Below are positions 21,976-34,376 of a DNA stretch of 64,000 nt, piece by piece; position 1 is the first letter of the stretch, and each line of letters starts with the position of its first letter. A program made the translations under genes and the position numbers. The notes under the pieces were generated by a model. That model was not told the DNA's origin, made no database searches, and saw only the letters and a program-made list of their open reading frames with translations. The stretch lies in NCBI GenBank assembly GCA_964106915.2, contig OZ066923.1; one strand, written 5' to 3'. Source of the stretch: Podarcis gaigeae. Lineage: Eukaryota.

Positions 21976-24900
21976 ATAGAAACCCAAGGAGAAGACCCCA
22001 AAACAGCTTCAACAGGACCCAGTAGACCCCTTCTCAAAACAGTGGGGTAAGAGGACGATGTCTGGGTCACAGACAAGTTTTATTCTAAATTTAGACAATA
22101 GAGAAGAGCTGCTTTGTTAGTTCTGAGGGGATTTCTTGACTTATTCTGAAACTGTTTTTACATCTTTCCTGGTAGGGAAGTGATTATTGCCCAGTGAAAA
22201 AAAATCAAGAGTTTTAGCACAGCTGTGACTAAGCAGAAGCAAAGGCAAGGAGTTTGTGCCCTTTCTAACTCAGGTTCAGTTTCATGCATTTAAAATTCTT
22301 GTTTCTTCTGTATGTAAACATTAAAAAAATGCAAATAAAATCCATAATTAGTATTTTCATATTGCCAGTGGGTGGACGGGCGTCTCTGTGTGACTGAGAA
22401 AGCATCGATTATATCGGGCCTACAAAGTATCCCAGTGTTGCTGCACTAATACTGAGGGGCTGAGAGAAAGTAGCATACAACAAGGTTGCTATGGCATGTA
22501 GTCCATTGTTGTTACACAGTTTCTTGGTGCGTTTTTGTTTTGTTTTTAGAGAAATACAGGAGGGACTGTTAAGCTAATGTAGAAGCAATGTGATGGAGGG
22601 GGTGATTAATTGCTTTCCCATGAAGGAAAATAGGTGCATTCTTGGGCTATCGCTGTGAACACTTAAATGGGTATATTTGTGTGAAAGACACAAACCCTAA
22701 AAATTAAGAAAGAATGACTGTCTGTTTGACCTAGGCTAATAACACTGCTCTAATTATTAAGAGGTATAATTTTAAAAAACCACAAAAAAAATGCTGTTTA
22801 AAAACACTGGTTGCTTTTTAACTGAATCTTGAATGAAAGACCTACTGTAACATAAAAGTTTACATCTCATGAAACTAGAATTATTTGCACGGTTTAGGGT
22901 TGCCATTAAGCAGGGTGTTCTTGTCTTTCAACAACTGCGTGGCAAGCAGAAATTCAGCAGGTTAAACCTGCTGACATTCAGCTGGTCAAATATCTTATTA
23001 CTTGGTGTGCAGCCACAGATTTATTTTTGAGTCCTCCACCCAATCAACAAAACAGGATATAAATTTGAATACGACACAAAGCATATACAAAGTTTATGCA
23101 AATTGGTGCCTACTTTTGTGAGCAGGGTGGAGAAACCAAGACATGTAGAGTAGTGGGCAAGAAAATACTAGAGGCACCCCATACGTCCAGTGGTTGGGAC
23201 GATGGGAGCCCAATAACATCTTAAGGGCCACAAGTACTCTGTTCCTGATTTAGTACAATAGTACTTGGCTTGCAATTTGGAAATCCTAGCTACAAGTCTA
23301 AAATCATTATAGCTCAATTAGTAGTCCACCAAGAAGAAATCCTCCAGCTAGTTCCTATACCTCTCTTATAATACTAGTTTGTGCACAGTGTATTTATCCT
23401 GCTTATTGTGCTAAGCACAATTGAAATTCTGTGTAGTTCAGCAGCTGGCATTTTCTCTCATCACATGACAGAGGAATAGCATATTCCCTACTGCCGGGAT
23501 GCAGAACCTGTGGCCCTCCTGATACTGTTGAACTACAACTCCAATCACCTCTGACCATTGGCACTGCTGGCTGGGGCTCATGGCATTTAGAGTTCAACTA
23601 TATCTAGAGGGCCACATGTTTCATACGGTAAATTCCTGATGTAAGGGATATATTCATGATATATCTTCAACATATTGGAGGCTACTTTATTAACAGTCCA
23701 CCCAGGATGATCTGTAAGGAGACACGTTTATATTCTTTCCACTAACAACTGAAGATTTTATTTATTTAAGGCATTTATATATTGCTTAATTATTAAGTCT
23801 AAGCAGTGTTCCAGTTGTTCATTTTTGTATGCTTGGTTTGTACTTTCTCCAATTCACTTTTGAGTGTATAAAGGAAAATGGCAAGTAAGTTTATGCTCAT
23901 TAAGATTTTGTCCCAAACCACTGCATGTTAGAGTGACCAAGAAAAAGAACTGAAGATGAAGGGTTAGAGCTATTGAGATATGAAGTCTTTATTTAAAATA
24001 ATAGCTAGGGTTCACCCAAAGTAGATAGTATGTTTAAACTGACATGTACACAAACAGCTGTTATATTCCTACAAAGTAGGGAAGATGGCAAAACTTGCCC
24101 CTTAACATTGACTGAGAGGTGGGCTGACAAACAGATAACGAGAATAAGCAATCTAACATTTTTGCATTCAGTCTTTCCTTTTTCATGGTTTCACCTCCAG
24201 GAGATAGAAAAGGCAAGCAAGAGAAGCAATATAATGTATTTATATTCACAATATAAATACATATAGAAGGAGGAAAGGAACAGAAAGCCAATTCAATCAT
24301 ATTAAAAACCAACAAAGAAAAAAAAATGGGCAAACTTTGGAATTTTAAAGTAACTTCCGTTTTGTTACTTCCTTCCACCAACTTTCAGAAAAGGTGCTGT
24401 TTTAATGTCTCAGACATTTCCATTTGCCCGACTCTTACACTTTTCTTTACAGTGCTGAACCATGTTCATGTTTTCACTATGGCAATTCAGAGCCCCTGAA
24501 ATCACATTTTCCTGTGTACCTTACACTGTGCTCAAAGTCTGGAGATCTTAACATAGTTTCCAACTCTTGCATATGTGAATCTGTCTTCCACTATGCAACA
24601 AACCAATTTTCCAGCAGAAGTAGAGCATTACCTTTTGAAACCCATTTCAAAATCTGTACTATCACAGATTTGCTGTACTTAACTTTTTTAAGAAACTGTA
24701 CATGACATCTCTTGTATTATATTCCAAGATGAAATGCAGCATTGCATAGGTTCTGCCTGATGAAAAAAGTGCACATATTCCTAAAGTGAATGTGAAATTC
24801 AACTAACAGATATAAAAAGGTTGGTTATAAGTTCAAGCTTTTTGGTCACATCCAGTAGCTATCTGATCACAACTCTTCAAAAACACTTCAAAAATATGGA

Positions 24901-25299
24901 AGGCTTTAAGCCTTACGTCTTCCACTCAATTACACACAGCACATGGGGGGATATCACCTTATTTTTCTGGCAGGGTTCCTTTGCCTTTAGCAGCTGCTGG
25001 GCATGCAGATTTCCACTAAGATACAACTGTTTATGAAGGCCAGGAAAACCTCACCTGTTGAATGGCTGCTCAATTGTTTAACAGCAGCAACGACTTTTTC
25101 TACCTAAACTGGGCTGCTGAAATGATGAGTGTTATAATCACGCGTGGGCTTTTGTGTGAAACGACTGTGACCTCAGTTCAGTTCTGGCACTGGGAGCAAA
25201 TGCCCGGACTCAGAATGTGGTCAGAGGCGAATTGTAAAACTTATGTCTTTTGCACCTAGTTCCTGGGGTTCTGGTTTAAAGGTGGGATATGGAAGGGAT

Positions 25300-25910
25300 A
25301 TGGAAAAGAAGTGCAATGGGCGATCGCAGCAGAAAATAAAGCAGAAAGGGGAGCTTCCCCACCCCCCTTGCTTATCTTAGACCCAAGAGCCTTTATTAAG
25401 CCACTGAGACCCGCACTTTAAGGACTACGAAACACGCAGAAGACAGATCTACCCTTCCCCTGTCCTCTAAGACTTGGACTCACTCACCTCTTCAATTAGC
25501 CACTACTGTACTCACCCCAACTACTACTTCCGCGAACAAATTCCGACAGTCTCACGTGATCAACGCTCTGCCAACCACAACCCGTCGGAACGACTCCTCC
25601 CCGCCGCTTAGTCGATCACCTCATTGCTTGGCTAGCCAAAGGATCCGAAGGCGGCGCAGTTGCGTGCGTGCGGCCATTGCGTCTCGACGTTAAGGTGGCG
25701 GAGCGGCCATCTTTGCCTCGGGCATCTGATGGCGCGGTTGGGACGCCGCCGCCATCTTTGTGAAGGGGCAAAGAGTGGCGCACGCTCTCGCTGTTGCCCT
25801 TTGCCCGCCTTTTAAAGTGACAGTTTTAACTGTCAAGTGTTCACTTATTAGAAAATAAAAAAGGGAGGAGGAGGCTTCTTAAACAAGAGCCGGAGGGCGG
25901 GGAGAATCAT
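25300..25910 (-). promoter_or_regulatory. PLA2G6: PLA2G6 CpG-island promoter and non-coding exon 1
   Basis: CpG-dense. Minus-strand donors GTGAGT at 25487 and 25515; two YY1-type GCCATCTT sites (about 25706 and 25751); E-box TCACGTGA at 25552; GC box GGGCGGG at about 25895. Confidence 0.7.
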
Positions 25911-26158
25911 ATACTGGTCTTCAAAGTGTGAAGACGGCATAAGAACCTGTTGCATAATGTGAAACACACACAGAAAATTCCAGCATCAGCCCCTTCCCTT
26001 AATACTAACAGGATCATTTTAGCCCAGTCTACTCAGAATCAAGTCCTACTGGTTTCACTGGGGCTTACTCCCAGGTAGCAGGGGTTAGCATTTCAGCCTA
26101 AATAATGAGGCGCAAGGAGGGTGCCTTGCAGTGAAGGAACCACGCCTTGTTTCTCCTA

Positions 26159-26369
26159 CAGTGGTACCTTGGTTTGCTACTGTTTTGGATTACAACCACG
26201 TCAAACCTGGAAGTGCGTGACCCCTTTTTTGGATTACAACCCCCCTTTTGGGGGGGATTACAACCCCCCTTTTCTTGGAGGCCCCATTGGCACACCTTGG
26301 GTTACAACCTGTTTTGGTTTACAACCGGACCTCCGGAACGCATTATGGTTTTAAACCAAGGTACCAATG
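26159..26369 (+). mobile_element. Tc1/mariner MITE related to family A (divergent subfamily)
   Basis: TIR CAGTGGTACCTTGGTT; TA flanks; shared gaggccccatt and ggacctccggaacg blocks; internal ggattacaacc repeats. Confidence 0.75.
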
Positions 26370-28484
26370 TATTAAACTCTGCCAACCAACGGACAAAAAT
26401 TGTGAGACAAGATCCTCCATTAGGTGTGGAGGACTTGGAGTCCAAAAAAAGCAAGGAGGATGCAGTTTCGCCTCCCTAAAGTCACACGACTCTGGCTAAG
26501 GTGCACCTGTTCACTCTTACGGTTGGGCGTGGGGCCTCGAAATCCATTTAACACCCAAAACTCACCACACATTGAAATAAACTTAAACTAAATGGAACCT
26601 CAATCATCAAAGGCAGTGTACCGCTGAAGACTAGATCCCCGAGATGAAATAAGATGGGAGGGTTGTTGCCTTCATGCCTTGCTTATAAACTTCCCAGAGC
26701 CATTTGTGTAGCATCTGTTGTAAACAGAATCTGCTGGATTTCTTATCAAATACTTGGACTGTAAGCTAATAGTTAATGGTGTCTTATACATACATACATA
26801 CATACATACATACTTCCGATTGCTGAGCTATGCAGAGACCAGGTGAATTTATGTCTGCAATTTTTCTCCTACCGTGAAAATCAGAAGATTGCAAACAGTC
26901 CTGTGATGTTCAGAAGAAGGGTGATATAGACATTTAAATAATAATAAAAAGAAACCTTTTAAAATAAAGATGTTTACATTTAAGCACCCTTTGCTCTTTC
27001 TGCTAACCTGAGGTAATTTGAAACCTGCATACTTAACAGCAAAGTCTTTCAGCAGTATAAAATAATAATAAACAAGGTGGGGTTTTTTTTAATGCTGAAG
27101 TCCTTTTTACTCAGTATTTTATCCACTGAAAACCTGGAAGTTTCATTAACCTATACTAGGATGGTGCACACCAGCTTACAATTAACAAGCTGTGCACTTA
27201 GTTGTGGTCCATGGGGTGGTTGGTGTTCATAGTTCCAGAAGTCACTGCCTCTCAGCAAAGCACTCACTCCGGGCGGGGGGGGGGGGGCTCCCCAGAGCAA
27301 TACATTTTGAACAAGTGCAAACTGTTCTTGGCAGCCAGCCCAGGAAAGAAGGAGAAGGCATTTGCAGGCACTAGTGAGAGACTGGGGGAGAGGGAATGAG
27401 ACCTACCTGCTCTCCCACCTTCCACTAGTTGACTTTACCTGGAGACTTTTCATTTCTGCAGCAGAGACCAGAAAAGGACCAAGAGGCAGGTGGCAGTAGA
27501 GTGTATTTGGCTCTAATCTGTGTTATGTAGTAACTATATAACTGATTAAACAATCTATGGCCTTTTAAAAGTACTGTGAGAGGGGGTTATTGGTGGTGGT
27601 GGTTGCAATGGTATGTATTTTGTGTTTTCATTTTGTATTTTTATGTTGTAAACCGCCCTGTGATCTTTGGATGAAGTTTTGTATAGAAGTTTGATTAATA
27701 ATAATAGTAATAATTGGGTTGGTTAAAGTGTTATAAAAGGGGGTAAGACTTTTTAATGCATATTTGGCACTTGATTAAATGTGGCATGTCATTCTAATTC
27801 ACTTTAGTTATTAGTGTCAAGTCACTAAGATTACTTGCCCTCCAGTTTTTTGATATATGCCGCCCAGGAAATATTTATTGATAGACAATTGTATACATTT
27901 AAATAATTATGTTAAGTATTATTAATAACAATAACTAATTAGTGCACGTGCCTCCGGCTGCAGCTGGTCTGTCAAGTTGCAGCCAAGATTTGCAGCTGAG
28001 ATCTCCCCTATCTACTAAATAAGCCAATGCTCACTTGCATATGCATTCATATCTCAAAATGAATGTTCCTGTTGTGTAAGAGTGATGCTTTAAAAAAACA
28101 AATTACCTGGCTTGCTATCAGTCAACAGAACTGGTTGGGCTGGTTTCAAATCAGGCATTTTTTAAAGGGCTGTCCATAGGTGAGGCAGACCCGGGTGCAA
28201 GCAGGTTTAGGAGACCAGATGTCCTCCCAGATAGCCACTGCTCCATTCCTGCTTCCAAATCCTGGGTTGTCATTTGGTGAGGGTGTGAGAGACTAGCAGA
28301 ATGAACTCTTACTTTAATCCTCTTCCTCCCCCAAGAGAACACTGATGAAAGCAGTGATCTGAAGTCTTATCATCAGAAACTGAAATATTTAGGAAGTTAA
28401 AGGGGTTCTGAGATAATGTCAGGGCATGACTCGTATAAATCTTTTAGTAATAAATACTGGAAATCCTTTAAAAAATAAACTACT

Positions 28485-28793
28485 GCACAGTGCTAGGGCT
28501 TGCCAATCAGAAGGTTCAAAATCCCCGCGACGGGGTGAGCTCCCATTGTTCGGTCCCTGCTCCTGCCAACCTAGCAGTTCAACAGCACAAAGTGCAAGTA
28601 GATAAATAGGTACCGCTCTGGAGGGAAGGTAAACAGTGTTTCCATGTGCTGCTCTGGTTCACCAGAAGCAGCTTAGTCATGCTGGCCACATGTACGCCGG
28701 CTCCCTCAGCCAGCAAAGCGAGATGAGCGCCGCAACCCCAGAGTCGTCCGCGACTGGACCTAATGGTCAGGGGTCCCTTTACCTTTACCTTTA
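28485..28793 (+). mobile_element. Sauria SINE, 5'-eroded
   Basis: Highly similar to 16377-16728; acctttacctttac tail. Confidence 0.85.
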
Positions 28794-29356
28794 CATTGAC
28801 TTTATGGAACAAGCTATCAAAGGTGCAGTAGCCCTGTCCTATTTTGCATCTGGTCACTCTAACGGCATTGAGGGAATTTCTGTAGTTCTGTGGGAGAGCA
28901 CATGTGTTGTATACAGAAGTCCTTGGTATTTCCAGGTAGGGCTGGAAGCAACCCTTTTGCAAAACCCAGGAGAGCTCTCTCACCCCCCCCCAAAAAAAAC
29001 ACGCCAAACTCTACAATGGCACTCTTAAAAGTGGCTTAAACATATCCACTGTAGATTTACCTTCCCATAATTATCCAACTTGCCGCTGCTGCTTTTTAAA
29101 ATAAACAGTTGGTCTATAAGCTGGATGACTGTATTAAATTCAGTTGTATGATTTAACATACTGTTGTCAGTTTGGAGAGTCTGGTCATTCTGGCAAGGGT
29201 CTCACCCACCCTATACATTAACCGATGTGGTTTTCCCCAGAGAATCCAGAGTACTGAAGTTTACCCGGCACAGAGCTACAATTCTGAGCATGCTTAACAA
29301 ACTATAGTTTCTGGGATACAGTGATTGGGGGGGGCATGTCATGTGGTTTAAATATA

Positions 29357-29747
29357 TGGTGTGGATGTAGTCAAAGCAGCTAGGACAAAATAATGGTAAA
29401 GGTAATTTCTGGCACGGGCAGTTCACCTGTAAGAGGGCAGGGGGTCTAAGATCACCTCTCTCCATTTTTACAGTCTGAATTTAGAGAACAGAGCCAAGCG
29501 TTTGCATGGGAGGCAGCTTTGGAGCTGGCTGCTGCAGCTGCTCTCTCTAGGAATCTGATGCAGAGGTCAGCAGATTTGCTGCCTGCTGCCCGGACAGCTG
29601 TATTTCTTTCTTCCAATAGGTTCTACTTGTATATTTGTAAATAAAGCGGACATCAAGTACGTCTCCAGTGTGCTCTCATCTAAAGGAAACTTTGGCACTG
29701 CTCCTTGAGCTCCTCATAGCTTAGGGAAGTGTGGTGAGTGAACAACA
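29357..29747 (+). mobile_element. Candidate solo LTR
   Basis: TG...CA ends; ATATA direct repeat on both sides (29352-29356 and 29748-29752); AATAAA at 29640; 391 bp. Confidence 0.5.
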
Positions 29748-29755
29748 ATATACTA

Positions 29756-29981
29756 CAGTGGTACCTCGGGTTACATACGCTTCAGGTTACAGACTCCGCT
29801 AACCCAGAAATAGTGCTTCAAGTTAAGAACTTTGCTTCAGGATGAGAACAGAAATCGTGTTTCGGCGGCGTGGCAACAGCAGGAGGCTCCATTAGCTAAA
29901 GTGGTGCTTCAGGTTAAGAACAGTTTCAGGTTAAGTACGGACCTCCAGAACGAATTAAGTACTTAACCCGAGGTACCACTG
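29756..29981 (+). mobile_element. Tc1/mariner MITE, family A
   Basis: Same TIRs; TA flanks. Confidence 0.85.
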
Positions 29982-30479
29982 TACAGTATTTCTCTCTCTC
30001 TTCTTTTCCTGCTCTATCTCACTTGAAGAGGTGTGTTCTTTCTCACCTGGCGAACTGAAAGCTGTAGCAAAATTTAACAGGAAGGGAGCAGGACCAAACA
30101 GACTATCGCTATGAAGGATTTACAAGAGAAACAGCGGTGGTCTTGGAATGTGTTTGCAGGCCTGTGGAGCAGACAGAAATTAATGCAATGAAGTTTTCCC
30201 ATCATGTGTGCTACCTGATGATTTCCGGCCCATCGCAAGTTGTTAAAGCAGGAATGTGATACACCATGGGCTATGCTGGCTGAGGCTCGTGGCAGCTTGA
30301 GTCCAACAAGGTCAGGAGGGCCGCAGGTTCCCCACCCTTGGGTTAAAGGCGAATTTAGGACGTTGTGAGTTATAGTGCTCTTTTTCAAAATAAGGTGTAC
30401 AAAAATAGTTGTATAGCTGAAGCTGGCATTTTTGCCTCCTGACTTTCAGTGGCTCCCTCTTTCCTCAGAAACAATCCAT

Positions 30480-31720
30480 TTGTTTGTATCGGGGTGCAGA
30501 TGGCGATTGAACTGCTAATTCTGGAAAAGCAGCACTTGCACCGGTAAAATATTTAGGCGCGGGTCCCTTTAAGACGAAATGCCCAGCTCCAAGATGGCAG
30601 CTTCCTTTCACCTCTCTCCTGCCTGTGCCCTTCACTAAGATGGGGAGGGAGGGGAAAGAATGATGTCATCGCATGACTGTGTTTTTATGAATGAAAAGAA
30701 TCCTGTGAGTGAGTAATTCCAGGAAACTCATATTACAACTCAGCAGATCGCAGCGCAGAGCCCAGCTCAGCCCTTCTCCTCGGAAAACAACAACTTCGTT
30801 TACAGAAATAAACAAGGAGATTTGGAGAGCCTAATCGGCGAGAAAAACGCGGGGGCTCCCCAAGGAAGGCGAGAAGGGAAGGAGAAGGGCAGCGAACAAA
30901 AGGCGGACTCGGGGCGTTCGGGCGAAGTAAGTAGACGGCGCGTTTGCAACTCTGTAGTAGGGAAACTTAGAGACGTCAGAGGACGAAGGGGGGCTCTTTC
31001 TGCTTCTGGGCGCCCGGGCGCCTTCCTCGCCGGGGCTCCGGGGCGCCTTGCGCACACCGCGGGCGCACCGAGGCTGACGGCTGGGCGGAAAACCGCGTTT
31101 CGTGGCTTTATTTTCGGTGGCGAGGAGTGGCTGCTGGTGTCGATTTCCTCCAGGACACGAGAGCGAGAGCCATTATCCACTCGCGAGGCTCTTTTAGGCA
31201 GCGTTTTCTGCCCACGAGCGTAGTTTTCGTCTGTGGGGGGTATGGATAGGAGCCCGATCCAAGAAGGATGTGGGTTCACCCTCCCCCCGTTTTCTGGGTC
31301 TCCGTCTTCGATCCACGCAGTTGCGAGGGAGCCGAGACAGCTGCAAAAAAGCAGGAAATCGCTTAATAACATTGGAGTTACTCATAGTTCATATTAACCA
31401 TGTGTATGCACGTGCTGCGGCCTTGGTCACATGTAAAGATGTCTGTCTGGCACGGACGTGATCTGGGATCTGATGGTGGGTTTCGGGGTGGCAGGGCGGT
31501 CTCCGCCAGAAAATCCTCTGGTTATGTGTAGGTCCGACTTCTGTTTTAGGGTTGTTTACTCTTCCCCCCCCCCCCCACGCCATACCGCGTAGTTAAAAAA
31601 CGCCAGTTATTATTTTCAGAGAACGGCGTACTGGCTTTGGCAGGCCGGGGGAGACGCGTCGAGGAGGAGGGATTCTCCAAACAGGTTCCCTGACCCTCCG
31701 GAAGGGGGCTGGGAGTCTGG
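30480..31720 (+). promoter_or_regulatory. MAFF: CpG island; probable MAFF promoter and non-coding exon 1 (ends 30926)
   Basis: Strong CpG enrichment; donor GAA|GTAAGT at 30927; TTCCAGGAA (STAT/BCL6-type) at 30717; TGATGTCA at 30661; GACGTCA at 30972; position fits PLA2G6-MAFF synteny. Confidence 0.65.
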
Positions 31721-33914
31721 TGACAAGAGGTCAAGGAATGGGAACACGGAGGGGGGCTTTGGGAAACTTCCACAGGAGAGTTTCCAGTTCAGCATTTTTT
31801 AAGGACAAAAATAAAACGGGAGTACTCCGGTCTGGAGCAGTGGTGTGTGAATGTTCTCTCTAGAATAAGGCTGGGTAGTTGTGAGTATCCTTTATGCCTG
31901 GGGAGTCCTGACTAACTGTTTGGGATCAGGAAGGAATCCCCCCCCCCCCCGAAAACTGCCGAGATATATATATAGAGAGAGAGGTCACGAAGGAGAAACC
32001 TGTGGCCCTCCAGATTTTAAAGGACTCTTAACTCCAGTTCCTATCCACACCAACGGTTAGGGATGATCTAGGTTTTTCCAACAACTGCTGAAGGGCTGCA
32101 GGTATGTAAAATATGATATAAAACATTGCCAGTTGTTTGAAAGCAACAAAATGAGCATCTGTTACAAAGCTCAAACAATGTGGGGAGGGAGAGAGAGAGA
32201 GAGAGCAGAAGCAAAACAGCCACGTCAATTTAAAGAATAATTTTGGAACCCAAGAGGCTGCAAGAGAATAATGTGGTTTTCGCCCAGTGCCTCAAAAATG
32301 CCAGAGTAGGTGGCAGGTGGGCACCAGGAAACCTGTCTTGCAAGCTACACCTACTGATATTCCGTCTTCCATGCAACTGTGAAAGAAGCAAGAGTCACTG
32401 GCCCCTGTTGAATCTGGCCACCCTACTAGCATCTAGCGTGAGCTTGAGAGTAACTAGTTCTTTATTATTTGACACTACCCACTATATATTATTTAACTAG
32501 TAATTTGATTCTCTTTGGGCATTTTCTTAAAAATATTGTTTTTATATTGTATCCCGTTGTGTAGTCTTGCCACACGCTGCAGAAAAGACCTACCTGAGCC
32601 TGTCCAGCCGAGATGGCTACAATTTTTCCAGTGAGTTGGGTGGTGGCTGTACATGTAGGTGACAGATAAAACGCTTCAGAGAAAGAAAAGAGAATAGAAG
32701 GTAAAAGGGGGGCAGTTGAAAGAAGAGAAAAAAACTGTAGGTTGAAAGGCAAAGGTTACCCAATAGATATCATAGTTAGGAAAATTACTAAATCCAGGGG
32801 GTGAGAAAACAGGCAAAGATCTCCAAAGATACGATCACATGTGAGAAAACTGTAAAAACAAGTGAGTCCTGCATTGAAGAGGGTTGGGCTAGATTACTCG
32901 TGGGGTCTCTTCCAACTCTACAATTCCTTGATTCTTTGTAATGTGTTGTTTCAGTTTTCTTAAGCGATGATACAGTAAACAACAAAACAGACCACCTCCC
33001 TCCAGGCAGGCAACAAAAATAATGATAATTCCCTGGCTGCTAATTTTTATTTTGATTCATTTAGTATAAAAACAGGAAAACAACATCATTCAAGGCATAT
33101 AGTCAGTTGTCAATTGTTTGGCACATTCAAGTTCAGGGACTCACAGGTCAGAATTTCTAAGTCTGTAAGGTGCTTTTAAATAATAATAATGTTATTTATA
33201 CCCCACCCACCAGGGTATAAAAAGTTACCCCCTATAAACATAGTGCACATATTTAACATATAAGTGGAAAACTGTATTTTCTGCTTTTTATAAAGAGGGC
33301 CTAATGTTTGTATATGAATGCCTGCATAGTATATTTTTTTAAAAAAATCAATATCCAGGAGTAAGTAAGAATAACAATATTTTGGGAGCCCAATTAGCTG
33401 TTGCGGTTTTCACAGAAACTTTTGCCACGGACAAGTACTCTGTGGTTCCATCTCTGGCCTGCTATAAACTCTCTGATGCATGTTTATGGCTTCTGAGGAA
33501 TGTAATTCTCCAACTAATGGCTTGGTCCACAGGCTAGTTATTACTCTCCTTAGGAAATTCTTTCATTAGGCCTACATTTAGTAATGCTTTCTGTGCACAG
33601 AAAATCTGGTGCTTGTTGTTTCTGAAGATAACGTGTGCTGCACCAGAACTTTGCTAACCTTTTTCTCAGCCACTTTCAAGGTTGGCCAACCCTCTGAAAG
33701 CCCCCCAAGCCAACACTGGTTACGGCAAAAGTAACTGTGACCTCTGAGCGTGTCCTCCTGCATGCATACACAGATCACATGCAGCTACACTGCAGCAGGT
33801 TTCTCTCAAATGCAGGTGGGAAGAGTCCAGGCGAGCTAGAAGGAGGAAAGCATTGGTCAAAGCTGGCTGATATTATCTTTAGCACCATCAATATATGCGG
33901 CACTTCAAAGAGAA

Positions 33915-34100
33915 ACAGAAAGATGGGTATCTTTCCCTAGAGAAGCATTTGACAGGGAGGAAGAGGCAAAATGGATTCAGGAGGGTGATGTGTAACTTGT
34001 TTTTAGAACAGAAAGATGGGTATCTTTCCCTAGAGAAGCATTTGACAGGGAGGAAGAGGCGAAGTGGATTCAGGAGGGTGATGTGTAACTTGTTTTTAGA
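33915..34100. repeat. 93-bp tandem duplication (2 copies, 2 mismatches)
   Basis: 33915-34007 vs 34008-34100. Confidence 0.95.
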
Positions 34101-34333
34101 CTCTGTGGGGCAGGTGTGGGGAACCTTTGCCTCTCCCCCCCCCATGTTGTTATAAGACACCTCCCATCATCTCTGGCCTTTGGCTGTGCTCGCTCAGGCT
34201 GATGGGGGTTGTCATTGAGTAAAATCTGGAAGGCCAAAAGTTTGCCACCTCCACTATTGGGACAGAATAAACTGAGAATACAAAACTTCCTTATTCCAAT
34301 CCAAACCATTGGTTGGTCTAAACCAGTGTTGTC

Positions 34334-34376
<43 letters not shown>

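Noticed and set aside
30800-31372. 190-aa and 133-aa ORFs in the CpG island
   Set aside because: Low-complexity products of GC-rich, stop-poor sequence; no recognisable domain.
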